Shown: positions 16,687-26,363 of the stretch, piece after piece
Layout: every line of letters begins with the position of its first letter
Numbering within the stretch: the stretch's first letter is position 1
Program-made: the position numbers and the translations under genes
The notes under the pieces: generated by a model
What the model was told of the DNA's origin: nothing
Database searches by the model: none
The model's input: the letters and a program-made list of their open reading frames with translations, nothing else
Virus record (IMG/VR): IMGVR_UViG_3300017721_000918
Location: 1 to 33,600 of that record
Source: a virus
Taxonomy: Duplodnaviria > Caudoviricetes
Length of the DNA: 33,600 nt
Strand: one strand, 5' to 3'

Positions 16687-19007
16687 TATATTGCACAAGC
16701 ATCACAATCAGCCTCTTCTTCTGGAGTCATCTGTACCACATTGGTTTCTTCCACAGTGTCTGCAATCCCTTGAGGTTGCACAGTTTCTTCTTCACCTTTA
16801 AAGTCATATGTGTTTTGATAATATGATGTTTTCCATCCTAGTTTGTACGTGGTTAATAGATCCTTTAACATCACACTCATAGGAACTTCATTGTTTTCAA
16901 AGTGTGTAGGATTGTAAGACCAGTTACCAGATATGGCTTGATCAAAAAACTTCTGCATCATTGAAACTATGTTGATATATCCATCGTTATTAGGCATATC
17001 CCATAGCAAAGTGTAGTAGTTTTTCAGTTGCTGGTACTGTGGCACCACTTGTTTTAGAGGGCCTTTTTTAGACTTCTTTGTGCTGAGTAATGCACGTGGA
17101 GGTTCAATACCATTTGTTGCGTTGCTCACTACAGAACTTGATTCACTTGGCATTTGTGCTGACAATGTAGAATGTCTCAGTCCATGTGTTTTAATTTGTC
17201 CACGCAACCAATCCCAGTCATATTGATATTCAGGACAAGCAATATCATCTATGTCTTTTTTGTATGTGTCTATTGGCAGTATGCCATCAGCATATTTGGT
17301 TTGATCAAACCCATCACACTTGCCTCTCTCCTTAGCAAGAGTATTGGATGCTTTCAATAGATAAAATTGAAATGCTTCTGTCAGTTGATGGGCCAGTGTC
17401 CATGCTTTAGGGTCTGAATACTTCACTTTGTGTTTGGCAAAGAAGTGAGCCAGTCCAATGTATCCAATGCCCAAGGAACGTCTTGCTTTTGTAGACAGTT
17501 CAGCGGCCAATACCGGATAGCCTTGATAATCAATGATTTGTTCTAGCGATCTAACAGCAAGATCACACAAGTTTTCTAAGTCATCTATGTCTTTCAGTGT
17601 GCCTACGTTTATTGCACTCAAAATACACAATGCTATTTCGCCCTGTTCATCTTCTAGTTTCTGTATTGGTGTTGTAGGCAGTGTGATTTCTTGGCACAAA
17701 TTACTCATACGCACAGGATCTTTAAATGAAGAATGTGAATTTGCATGATCTATATTCATGATGTATATCCTGCCTGTTTCAGCACGTTCTTTCAACAATG
17801 CTGAAAATAAATCCATTGCTTTAATTTTCTTCTTAGGTGTTTTACGATCTGCTTCGTATTTCAAATACAGTTGATCAAACTTTTCGTTGTCATGTCCAAA
17901 TGCTTCATACATGTCTTCAACATCATGTGGAGAGAATAATGTAATTTCTCCATCTTCTAATAATCTTTCATAAAATATTTTAGATATCTGTATTGAATAA
18001 TCTAACTTTCTTACTCTATTATCATCTGTGCCTTTGTTATTTTTTAGTACTAGAATATCTTCAATCTCTTGATGCCAAATAGGAAAATGAACAGTTGCAG
18101 ATCCTCCACGTATTCCGTTCTGTGTGCATGATCTCACAGTGGCTTCAAACACTTTTAGGAAAGGCACAACTCCTGTGTGAGCAACCTCGCCACCTCTGAT
18201 CTTAGAATTTATTGCTCTGATGCGTCCTAGGTTAAGTCCAATGCCTGCTCGTTGAGCTATGTAATATCCAACAGCAGAGTTTGATGAAAAGATTGAGGGT
18301 AACGTATCATCAACATCAACTAGAACGCATGATGCAAATTGTTTGATTGGAGTTCTCACTCCTCCCATTACTGGTGTAGGAATATTAACTTGGAATGTTG
18401 AAATAGCGTCATAGTATTTTTTTACATACGTTAATCTTGTTTCAGCAGGATAACTGGCAAACAGTGTGGCCGCAATCATCATGTACATCATTTGTGGTGT
18501 TTCATACAGTTGTCCTGTTGATCTATCTTGTACAAGATATTTGTCTACCACTTGGCGTAGGCCTGCATATGTAAAGTCTAGATCCCTGTCATGCTTGATG
18601 TATGTGTTTAATTTTTTCAGTTCTGTTTTTGTGTAGTGTTGTTTTATTGCAGAGTCATACACACCATGTTTAATATTTTGATCTATAATAGCAATTAAGT
18701 GTCTTGGCTGAAACTGTTTGAACACTTCTTTGTACACATTCCATAACAACAATCTAGCTGCCGCATATTGATAGTTAGGAGCGTCTAGTGTGATTAAATC
18801 ATTGGCTGATCGTATCATAATATCTTGTATGTCTGTTGTGGACATATTATTAGTAAATTGTATTTGTGAATTCATTTCTATCTGTGATGCTGACACACCA
18901 CTTAGGCCTTCACAGGCTTGTTCAACAACAAAATGCATCTTGTTGATGTCTAAAGGTTCCTTGGAGCCGTCTCTTTTTACTATGTTTATGTTTGTATTTG
19001 TGTTCAT
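16686..19007 (-). CDS. nrdA: Ribonucleotide reductase class Ia alpha subunit with ATP cone
   Basis: IVKRDG ATP cone, ASCVL, SNLCQE, ALCIL, TSYY, C-terminal CDAC. Confidence 0.98.
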   Translation of the reverse strand: MNTNTNINIVKRDGSKEPLDINKMHFVVEQACEGLSGVSASQIEMNSQIQFTNNMSTTDIQDIMIRSANDLITLDAPNYQYAAARLLLWNVYKEVFKQFQPRHLIAIIDQNIKHGVYDSAIKQHYTKTELKKLNTYIKHDRDLDFTYAGLRQVVDKYLVQDRSTGQLYETPQMMYMMIAATLFASYPAETRLTYVKKYYDAISTFQVNIPTPVMGGVRTPIKQFASCVLVDVDDTLPSIFSSNSAVGYYIAQRAGIGLNLGRIRAINSKIRGGEVAHTGVVPFLKVFEATVRSCTQNGIRGGSATVHFPIWHQEIEDILVLKNNKGTDDNRVRKLDYSIQISKIFYERLLEDGEITLFSPHDVEDMYEAFGHDNEKFDQLYLKYEADRKTPKKKIKAMDLFSALLKERAETGRIYIMNIDHANSHSSFKDPVRMSNLCQEITLPTTPIQKLEDEQGEIALCILSAINVGTLKDIDDLENLCDLAVRSLEQIIDYQGYPVLAAELSTKARRSLGIGYIGLAHFFAKHKVKYSDPKAWTLAHQLTEAFQFYLLKASNTLAKERGKCDGFDQTKYADGILPIDTYKKDIDDIACPEYQYDWDWLRGQIKTHGLRHSTLSAQMPSESSSVVSNATNGIEPPRALLSTKKSKKGPLKQVVPQYQQLKNYYTLLWDMPNNDGYINIVSMMQKFFDQAISGNWSYNPTHFENNEVPMSVMLKDLLTTYKLGWKTSYYQNTYDFKGEEETVQPQGIADTVEETNVVQMTPEEEADCDACAI

Positions 19008-19095
19008 GATTTATGATTGCGTGTTGTAATTATTATAGGATGAAAAGGCTCTTTAGTAAAGAGATAACTTTGATGAAATTGTGGATAATTAGAAT

Positions 19096-20637
19096 CTAGA
19101 CGAATCTGATTTCTCTGTATTTAAATGTGCCAGTGTTACCTGTGCTTGTAGAAGTGTATTGCAAAGTACCATCTGTTGTCACAAAAAAAGTTACTCCTGT
19201 GCTGGCATTTTCAGTGTAATCATCATTTAGATATACACTTGTATTTGTACCTGCAATAGTGAGCCTTCCATTACGCCTTGTGGTTCCTCTGGTCAAAATA
19301 TAATCAAACTCTAAATGATTTTCACGTTGTAAATCAAATGCAACATTATTTCCTGTGTCTGGATCAAGGACATTTGTTTTACTTGAAGCATTATCATTTA
19401 TGACTGCTGGAACACGTGGTGGTGACTCATGGTAAACTGTGCCTTCGATGTTTGATAAAGTGTCAGTCCTATGAAAGAAATTGTTATCGGCTCTGTTGTT
19501 GCCATGCAAGAAAGATATTTCAGGAAGTTCTGCTGAATCATCTGAATTTTTTCCTACATCTCTGAATGAACATCCGGACACGATATTGCCACGTGGATGA
19601 CCACCATTGTCATGCAGTTTGATTGCTTCAGCGTCAATGGCATCAAATCTACAAGCTGTGATGATAACTCCTGTTGGTCCTATTGTTTTGTTTAATGTAG
19701 AACCATCTGAACTTTCACCTAAATTAAATGCTCTGTACAATTTTAAAAATTCGCAACTTGAAAACACCATGTCTTCAATGTTGTCACTGGACTGTATAGC
19801 AAATTCTAATCCTTCAAATGTGCAACCAGTAAAATGTACTCGCTTTGTGGTGTGTGCGACAGTGCCGAATAATTCAACTAGAGCATTACCGTTGGTCTGT
19901 CCTGTTTGGTTAACATAAGCACCCAGCCAATGACAGTTGTCAAAATGTAGGTCTTGTGTCTGATCAATTCTCATAACATTTTGATCAGATGTTGTTTTGA
20001 AACAGATACCTTGCATTCTGATTCCATTAGGAATTTCAAATCCGCCACTGCCAATATTTGCTTGTGACTGGCCATTTCTGTCTACAAATTGAAATACAGG
20101 ATCTAGTGATGAAGAAGTTGATTCAAGTATTGTTGAAGTTGGTCCGTCGCCTACAATAGTTGAATGTGGGAAAATAGAAATTGTACTGCCTACTTTGTAG
20201 GTTCCACCTGGAAAATATAATGTTCTACGTTCTTTAAATGCTGTGGTTGAATCAACTGTAAATGTGTTTTTGATTGCTCTATTAATAGCTGCGGCATCGT
20301 CAGTCACACCATCACCTTTTGCACCAAAGTCTTTGACAGATACTCTATCATCTAGTTTTTGTTGCAGTGTTCTCTGTATGTCACCACTTGATCCAGTAAC
20401 CACAGGATTATCTGTGTTTCCTCTAAACACATAGGTATTCACAGTAGATAATAAATTATCGTCCTCTGTGAGTATTTTTGTGTTGCCTACTTCTGGAGCA
20501 CCCTCTTGTGTGGTACCGTTTCCTATGTATAATTCTTGTGAATCAACTGCCCAACCCAGTTCACCTGCCGCTAGTTGGGGTAACTCTTCTTTGAGTCCGC
20601 GTCTGTGTTGTATACGTGATATTTGTACGATAGCCAT
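19096..20637 (-). CDS. Tail fibre/spike-like protein with pectate-lyase-like beta-helix
   Basis: N-terminal IQHRRG..L..GELGW..D...LYIG.G; VSVKDFGAKGDGVTDD, LYFPGGTY; TATAAATA at 20644-20651. Confidence 0.85.
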   Translation of the reverse strand: MAIVQISRIQHRRGLKEELPQLAAGELGWAVDSQELYIGNGTTQEGAPEVGNTKILTEDDNLLSTVNTYVFRGNTDNPVVTGSSGDIQRTLQQKLDDRVSVKDFGAKGDGVTDDAAAINRAIKNTFTVDSTTAFKERRTLYFPGGTYKVGSTISIFPHSTIVGDGPTSTILESTSSSLDPVFQFVDRNGQSQANIGSGGFEIPNGIRMQGICFKTTSDQNVMRIDQTQDLHFDNCHWLGAYVNQTGQTNGNALVELFGTVAHTTKRVHFTGCTFEGLEFAIQSSDNIEDMVFSSCEFLKLYRAFNLGESSDGSTLNKTIGPTGVIITACRFDAIDAEAIKLHDNGGHPRGNIVSGCSFRDVGKNSDDSAELPEISFLHGNNRADNNFFHRTDTLSNIEGTVYHESPPRVPAVINDNASSKTNVLDPDTGNNVAFDLQRENHLEFDYILTRGTTRRNGRLTIAGTNTSVYLNDDYTENASTGVTFFVTTDGTLQYTSTSTGNTGTFKYREIRFV

Positions 20638-20654
20638 TTGTAGTATTTATAGAC

Positions 20655-21335
20655 TTACAACTTGTAGAACTGCTCGACTCTCTGCAACCACTTGTCTAGA
20701 TAATAATCATAGTGTGATGGTTCTAAATCAAACTGTTGATAGTTTAAATCGCGGGAACACATAAAAATATGCCCTTCTTTTATATTTGATCCATACACTT
20801 CGTTGTGTGCTTCAGCATATGCCACCAACTGCAAGAAGTAATCTTCTACCCATTCTTTCTTTTTAGGCTTGTTAGTTTGTTTGAAATCCATTATGGATGG
20901 AGCACCTTTGTATACACCCACAATGTCAGTTGTACCTGAATACAGTCCTGGAAAATACAATGCTTGTTCTATTCCCCATACTTCATCTACATGGACCAGT
21001 GCTTGTTGTATGATTTGATCAGCCATTTTGTTTGCTTGAAGATGCACTAGATTGTTGCCCGGCATTCTAGTTTCACCTAACAGATATCTTTCAAGGTTGG
21101 CGTGCATGGCAGACCCTACACCAGATGCTTCAGTAACGATACGTTGAGCATTTTGTTCACCTACACGTTTCTTCCATTCGTTCAAATGGGTCATGTCTTT
21201 TGTCTTTGACAATATAGTAGTCACAGATGGAACTTTACTGCCATCCGGTGTTTCATACAATCTTTTGTTAGGCAGAGTAATCTGCTTCAGACTATGATAG
21301 TCATAGGGTTTGACTATTGGTGGAGGATTATTCAT
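20655..21335 (-). CDS. PD-(D/E)XK exonuclease (Cas4/MGME1-like)
   Basis: PSVTTIL, G.AMH, IEQAL, GTTD, MDFK, QLVAY; likely start ATG 21335. Confidence 0.88.
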   Translation of the reverse strand: MNNPPPIVKPYDYHSLKQITLPNKRLYETPDGSKVPSVTTILSKTKDMTHLNEWKKRVGEQNAQRIVTEASGVGSAMHANLERYLLGETRMPGNNLVHLQANKMADQIIQQALVHVDEVWGIEQALYFPGLYSGTTDIVGVYKGAPSIMDFKQTNKPKKKEWVEDYFLQLVAYAEAHNEVYGSNIKEGHIFMCSRDLNYQQFDLEPSHYDYYLDKWLQRVEQFYKL

Positions 21336-21753
21336 ATTCAAAATTCTGTGCAAGAGGATGCCTGTTGATAAATTTAGCACCATTTTTTATATGAAAACGT
21401 CTTGCCATTTCTGTAAGTGGTGATAGGGTAACAAATCTTTTTAGGTGCGGTTTATTCTGTTTTAGATGTTTGAATACTTCCAGTACCAATGTGGCACCTG
21501 CTCCTTTTGAATAACTCCACACTGTGTAGAACACTGCTACTTGCTTGTCTTCTGATGGTCCATAATGTTCACGCAAATCTTGTTCAGACGTAGGTACGAC
21601 ATCTGTGTAACTGACACAAATCACTGCTTGTGTTTCTCCGTTCACTTCCCAAGCATAGTTTTCATTGTGTTCTGCTTGTTTGAAATCTTGTAGATGTGGA
21701 CGCACAGGATCTTCAGAGAGAATTTCATATCCATTGTCTAAAAGTTTAAGCAT
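21328..21753 (-). CDS. Hypothetical phage protein, possible GNAT-like fold
   Basis: EDPVRP, FYTVWSY.KGAG, FVTLSP.TEMARRFH.KNGA. Confidence 0.7.
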   Translation of the reverse strand: MLKLLDNGYEILSEDPVRPHLQDFKQAEHNENYAWEVNGETQAVICVSYTDVVPTSEQDLREHYGPSEDKQVAVFYTVWSYSKGAGATLVLEVFKHLKQNKPHLKRFVTLSPLTEMARRFHIKNGAKFINRHPLAQNFEYE

Positions 21754-21771
21754 GTAATATTATTATAGTGT

Positions 21772-22104
21772 CTATGAACGTTTGTTCAAAGCTCTTTTTG
21801 CCATTTTTGATACAGCACCTGTGTCACCTGAAAGAGCATCTGCATCACCATCTGGCTCATACACTGTGTCCAGTGTAATTTTTTCTCCATCGAAAGATTT
21901 AATTAAATTTTTAATCACAGGATCTGTTGTCATCAAAGATTTTATGGTGTCTGGATTAACATCAAGACCACGTTTGTCCATATAGTTGGATAGAGCATCA
22001 ATTGGAACTTCAGCAGGTTTCTTTTGAGCATCAGCCTGTTGCTTGAAGTATTGTAGAATTGTTGCTAAATGGATTGCGTAATCGTCAATCTCTTGAATTA
22101 ACAT
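21772..22104 (-). CDS. Hypothetical late protein
   Basis: TAATG coupling to the upstream gene; ends VSKMAKRAL. Confidence 0.7.
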   Translation of the reverse strand: MLIQEIDDYAIHLATILQYFKQQADAQKKPAEVPIDALSNYMDKRGLDVNPDTIKSLMTTDPVIKNLIKSFDGEKITLDTVYEPDGDADALSGDTGAVSKMAKRALNKRS

Positions 22105-23438
22105 TATCTTTCGGCACGACCAGCAATCTCATCACCGCCTGTTGCAGGATCAGATGCTCCAAAGTCATCACCGCCTTCTATGTCATCATCGCCGCCTTCT
22201 ATGTCTGTGTCTCCACCTAGGTCAGCGTCCATGTCAGTATCTATATCTCCATCACCTGCCATTGGTGCTGGTGATTCGCCTTTGACGATACCAACTGAAT
22301 TCATTGCGCCTTCTCTTGCTTGTTCTAGTGCCGCTACTAATGAATCAAGAGTTGGATTTACAGCATTGGAATAATTTTGTCCCATCTCTTCACCCATCTC
22401 ATTGTTGATTCTGTCTACAAGTTCTAACACTGAAGATGATTTGAGTTCAGATATTTTTTCATACATATCTGTAATCTGGTCTACAATGTCTTGTGACGCT
22501 AATAATATTTCTGATGTTTCCATCTCATTTTCTAATATTGCCTTTAATTGATCGGCATAAGATGCAGACTCGTTACGGCCTACAATCTTCTCTAAGTTTT
22601 TAAATCTAGTCACTGCTGATGCTCCTCCTCTAATGAATGTGTCTAGTTTCTCAATGACCGGCATAAAGCCTTTCATTAATGAAGCAGGCACTGACTGTCC
22701 TGACTTTGCCATTTCTAAAGCTCGTTTTGCCATAGAAAAATTTTGGTTGCCAACTAATAATCTAAGTGCCGCTTGTTCTCTTGCACCCATTCTAAAATTT
22801 TCATTTAATCTACCGCCCACTGCATGCCTTATTGATTCTGCCACAGCGGCCAAGTCTTTTGCTAGTTGTTCTATTTCTTCTTTACGTTTAGGATACTTTT
22901 TTTCAAGTTCATCTTTGCTCATGCCTGATTGCATGTCGTGAACTAATTTTTTAAATTCAGGTGCAACAACATCTTCAACGTCTCCATCATCCTCATCTTC
23001 TTGAGCCATTTTAACTTTTGCACCCATTTTGACATTAGGTTTTGCAGGTGTGTTGCCATTTGTTTTTGTTTTTACTTCAACATTGCCTTGTTCGTCTGTG
23101 TCAACATCTACTTCGTCGGTGTCTATAGTTGTTGTCATACCTGGTTTGTCAGGATCTTCTATTTCAATTTTGTTACCCATTACACTTTTTACTCTTGCTT
23201 CTTGTTCTTTCACAATAGCATCTAGTAGTAATTTGTCGTTTAAGTATTTTGGATTTTGTGATTGTGAGTTGAAAGCCATTGCTGACTCAAACTGTTTCAT
23301 TGAACCAACCACACTGTCTTTGAACATGTCTAATGTTCCGTCATCAAGTGCGTTTAATTCAACCTTTTGGCCAAATCTCTGCTCTATGATTTCAGATAAT
23401 CTGTCTGATGTATAATTGGATAAGTTGTCTACTCTCAT
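22104..23438 (-). CDS. Probable head/scaffold-associated acidic protein
   Basis: Helical, D/E/G-rich C-terminus; LNE/ILE-type candidate prohead-protease sites; TAAATA upstream. Function is inferred. Confidence 0.55.
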   Translation of the reverse strand: MRVDNLSNYTSDRLSEIIEQRFGQKVELNALDDGTLDMFKDSVVGSMKQFESAMAFNSQSQNPKYLNDKLLLDAIVKEQEARVKSVMGNKIEIEDPDKPGMTTTIDTDEVDVDTDEQGNVEVKTKTNGNTPAKPNVKMGAKVKMAQEDEDDGDVEDVVAPEFKKLVHDMQSGMSKDELEKKYPKRKEEIEQLAKDLAAVAESIRHAVGGRLNENFRMGAREQAALRLLVGNQNFSMAKRALEMAKSGQSVPASLMKGFMPVIEKLDTFIRGGASAVTRFKNLEKIVGRNESASYADQLKAILENEMETSEILLASQDIVDQITDMYEKISELKSSSVLELVDRINNEMGEEMGQNYSNAVNPTLDSLVAALEQAREGAMNSVGIVKGESPAPMAGDGDIDTDMDADLGGDTDIEGGDDDIEGGDDFGASDPATGGDEIAGRAER

Positions 23439-23472
23439 AATTGCATTTATTTATGTTACAGCAAGGTTTGTC

Positions 23473-23901
23473 CTATATTGTCATGGCGTTGTAATAATAA
23501 TTAATTTTTTCGTCCACAATCATCATGCGATCTTGTAAAAATTCAACTACATCTTTGTCTGCTTTTTTCTTTGCTTTCAGGCGTTGCAGTTCGTCAAACA
23601 GCATTTTATACTCTTTGTCTATTGTTTTTAATTCTTTTACTGTTACACTGTGTCTGGGAGTATATTGATTCATAAGGGTTGCAATACAAATGGCCACTTT
23701 GTGTGATGACAAATCCTGTACAATTGGTTGTCTTGCCTTGGAATAAACATCAATTATGCCTGCTTTTCTGATCACAGCACAATCTCCTATCACAACACCT
23801 TTAGCGATGCGTTTCGGAACATATTTGATGATGTCTGTAGATCTGGTTATTTTCCAGATGAATTGTTGGATAGTGCTTTCAATACGTTTTGTTTTGCCCA
23901 T
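23473..23901 (-). CDS. Hypothetical protein
   Basis: 142-aa ORF in the co-directional late run. Confidence 0.65.
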   Translation of the reverse strand: MGKTKRIESTIQQFIWKITRSTDIIKYVPKRIAKGVVIGDCAVIRKAGIIDVYSKARQPIVQDLSSHKVAICIATLMNQYTPRHSVTVKELKTIDKEYKMLFDELQRLKAKKKADKDVVEFLQDRMMIVDEKINYYYNAMTI

Positions 23902-24092
23902 GGCTGAATATCTGGTTTCTTTGTTCTGGTCTTATCATATACTACTATGTGTTTACGCCAAAGTAAATCGATAATTGTCCAATCATCCAAATCAAACTCT
24001 TCTACCTTGGTCGACTCTCTATTTAAACGGTTGAGCATGTCTACCTCTTTAGCATTGACAGAAATGCTGTACGTATCGAACTGTATTTTCAC
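23847..24092 (-). CDS. Hypothetical protein
   Basis: GTG start coupled to the upstream TAG stop. Confidence 0.55.
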   Translation of the reverse strand: MKIQFDTYSISVNAKEVDMLNRLNRESTKVEEFDLDDWTIIDLLWRKHIVVYDKTRTKKPDIQPWAKQNVLKALSNNSSGK

Positions 24093-24376
24093 TATCTTCT
24101 TCTGTTTAGATTTTTTAACCTACGTGATGCAGGATTTGTTCTTTTGGTTCTTTGAGCACGTCTTGCCATCCTAGTACCCATTTTGGCCTTGGTGCGTTTG
24201 AGTGTCATTCTTTTTTTGACATCAATTGCTTTGAAACATTGTGCAGGATTTGACACAATTCTACCTTTGCGTCTGCCAGAAGTACATCTGTATTTCCGTA
24301 CCACTTGATTGCCTTTTCTGCCCCAGATCTGTTTTTCATCTAGGATCTCTTCTGCAATTATTTCAAAAATTTTCAT
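24092..24376 (-). CDS. Small very basic protein (RKYRCTSGRRKGRIV..P..C), probable internal head protein
   Basis: R/K-rich; MKIFEIIAEE leader; paralog at 32574-32918. Confidence 0.75.
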   Translation of the reverse strand: MKIFEIIAEEILDEKQIWGRKGNQVVRKYRCTSGRRKGRIVSNPAQCFKAIDVKKRMTLKRTKAKMGTRMARRAQRTKRTNPASRRLKNLNRRR

Positions 24377-24379
24377 TGT

Positions 24380-24625
24380 TTAATTTAATACTAGTATGAC
24401 AGCAACCAAAGTAGATAGCAATCCACCAACCACTGTTGCGGCCGCTCCAATAACTATCTTGGTTGATTTCTGTGATTCTGCTATCACCATTTCTTTCATT
24501 TCTTGCATAGCAGTTTCTAATGCTTCTAGTCTTTGTTCCAAACGATTGTATCTTTCAGCACATAGATCAACGTGTGCTTCTAAATTTTTTCTTTCACTTT
24601 GTGTAGCTAATGCTGTTCTAGCCAT
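24380..24625 (-). CDS. Small coiled-coil protein with C-terminal TM (XhlA/holin-like)
   Basis: LEAHVDLCAERY..LE.RL..LE followed by one hydrophobic C-terminal helix. Confidence 0.6.
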   Translation of the reverse strand: MARTALATQSERKNLEAHVDLCAERYNRLEQRLEALETAMQEMKEMVIAESQKSTKIVIGAAATVVGGLLSTLVAVILVLN

Positions 24626-24712
24626 ATCTTACAGAGCCTCCCTGCTCTGGGTTTCAATTGGTGCCTGTAGATGCCTAGTAATAGCCTATGTTGTATTTAC
24701 CTATCAGAGGCC

Positions 24713-25093
24713 TTAGGATAAAAAGTATATGTTTTTGGTTTTTTCGTTGACAGTGTCAAACACCGGTGGATCTATGGTTACACTCTCGTGTAAATCTGTG
24801 ATCACAGGCACTTGGTGTACATCGCTAACAAGTCCGCCCAGTGGTCCATTTTTATTATCAAAAATACCTTGCGTATCAGTAGTGAATGACATAACCCAAA
24901 CGTTTTGTGTGCCTGGGTAGTCTTCTCCAAAATTATAATCAGACATTGATTGATTGCCTTTCAAAGACACTTCAACATCAATAGGATTGCCTCGCAAAGC
25001 CACTGTTTGAAGTAGCACATTGAAATTCTGTTGTTGTAAGGCACTGTCTTGTGAAATATCAATCAGAGTGTACACAGATATTCTTTGGGTCAT
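24713..25093 (-). CDS. Hypothetical protein
   Basis: YTLIDIS..NF..LLQ...LR..P..L.E...NIYF. Confidence 0.7.
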   Translation of the reverse strand: MTQRISVYTLIDISQDSALQQQNFNVLLQTVALRGNPIDVEVSLKGNQSMSDYNFGEDYPGTQNVWVMSFTTDTQGIFDNKNGPLGGLVSDVHQVPVITDLHESVTIDPPVFDTVNEKTKNIYFLS

Positions 25094-25130
25094 TGCAATA
25101 GTTTATATTCAATTGGAACTTATGTAAAGC

Positions 25131-25160
25131 AAAAAGGGGAACAGTAAAACTGCTCCCCTC
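25131..25160 (-). terminator. Intrinsic terminator
   Basis: AGGGGAGCAG/CUGUUCCCCU stem followed by a U run. Confidence 0.75.
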
Positions 25161-25185
25161 TTCATTGTTATTATCTGTATTGTTA

Positions 25186-25548
25186 TTATACAGCGATAGT
25201 TAATGCTTTCGCAGTTACAGTCGCACTTGAAATTGTTGCTGAAACTGAACTTGAACTATTAACCGCTCTGATAGCCGCTTGTAAAGTAGCCGCTGTTGGA
25301 GCTGTATCTGCTCTAACAAAGTAAGTTTTCTCTGTGTTTGAGTTTGTTAACGCACCTTCACCTAGAATGTTGCAGAACTGCTCGATAGTTCTTCTTACTA
25401 ATTCTAGACCAGCAGTAGTTGAAGATGTATCAGGATCTCCAGTTTCTGCGTTCATGGCGTTGATGAAATCAACACTGAAAAAAGTCAAGTCTACACCTTC
25501 CATTTCAAAGCTAGTGACGTGACTAAAATTTGCTTTTGATATTGCCAT
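25186..25548 (-). CDS. Probable virion structural protein
   Basis: A/T/S-rich, AGGAG SD, TAAATA at 25603-25608, leader hairpin GTATCTC/GAGATAC. Confidence 0.65.
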   Translation of the reverse strand: MAISKANFSHVTSFEMEGVDLTFFSVDFINAMNAETGDPDTSSTTAGLELVRRTIEQFCNILGEGALTNSNTEKTYFVRADTAPTAATLQAAIRAVNSSSSVSATISSATVTAKALTIAV

Positions 25549-25655
25549 TGTATTTCTCCTACAAATGTGTATCTCGCTCAGAGATACTGTTATAATTGTA
25601 AGTATTTATGAACAATTTGGTAAAATTATAAGGTTATATTTGGCGTGATTAAGGC

Positions 25656-25681
25656 ACAATGGGTGCATAAACACCCATTGT
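25656..25681. terminator. Perfect 10-bp stem-loop after the 25691-26185 gene
   Basis: ACAATGGGTG-cataaa-CACCCATTGT; weak U tract. Confidence 0.5.
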
Positions 25682-25690
25682 ACAGTTATT

Positions 25691-26185
25691 TTAGTTTGAA
25701 TCTACAGAAGCAATACCTAATGTATCAACTGATGTAGCATCAAATGCCTCGGAACCGATAGCCGCTCCTGGTTGTGGAGTTGAAGGTGCAGTATCACTTA
25801 CAGTGTACTTGAACTTCTGAGGTGCTGAAGCGTCTGAGCCTATGCCACCTACGACAACTGTTCTGTTGGTTAATTTAGAAGCATTATCTACTGATGAGTC
25901 ATTTGGATTGACTACAGAGATTCTAAATTCGCCTGCAGATAAAGAACCGGCAGCTTTGTTAACCAAAGTTAGCACTTCCTCTACAGTAGATGAGTCAGAT
26001 ACTTTCACAGCACTGATCTTAAATCTTTTTGTAGATCGTTGTGAAACTATGTGAGCATTACCTACTTGTGTAGCCGCAGTACCAGAACTTGGTCCTACTT
26101 CTATTTCACCTGAAAGTCTGTAGTTGGTCACTTGTATTTTGCCGGCGCCTGAGCCTATTTTTGATGATTTAATTGGTCTTCCCAT
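25691..26185 (-). CDS. Probable virion structural protein (MGRP N-terminus)
   Basis: S/A/T/G-rich, AAGGAG SD, TAAATA at 26288-26293. Confidence 0.65.
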   Translation of the reverse strand: MGRPIKSSKIGSGAGKIQVTNYRLSGEIEVGPSSGTAATQVGNAHIVSQRSTKRFKISAVKVSDSSTVEEVLTLVNKAAGSLSAGEFRISVVNPNDSSVDNASKLTNRTVVVGGIGSDASAPQKFKYTVSDTAPSTPQPGAAIGSEAFDATSVDTLGIASVDSN

Positions 26186-26203
26186 TATTATCTCCTTTTG
26201 TTT

Positions 26204-26283
26204 TGTCCATGTGGGTTCTAGCCACTACGCGGAGGATTCATACCGCATAAGTCTTCAACATCATTGTTAAAGCACTGAGGACA
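26204..26283 (-). ncRNA. Candidate structured 5' leader RNA (four-way junction)
   Basis: Stems UGUCC/GGACA, CUUUAACA/UGUUGAAG, UAUGCGG/CCGCGUA and GUGG/CCAC, paired by eye. Confidence 0.5.
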
Positions 26284-26330
26284 TTAATATTTAACTAAAA
26301 TTTTGTAAAATTATAAGATGTGTTTAGAAT

Positions 26331-26353
26331 GAGGGGAGAGATGAACTCCCCTC
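26331..26353 (-). terminator. Stem-loop after the small membrane protein gene
   Basis: GAGGGGAG/CTCCCCTC inverted repeat. Confidence 0.5.
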
Positions 26354-26363
26354 AAGGGTAGCA

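Noticed and set aside
14545-19007. Introns or inteins in nrdA/nrdB
   Set aside because: Both ORFs are continuous, of normal length (773 and 367 aa) and have all motifs in order.
20655-21335. Cas4-like nuclease as evidence of a CRISPR-Cas system
   Set aside because: No Fe-S Cys cluster pattern, no other cas genes and no array; it fits a stand-alone phage exonuclease.
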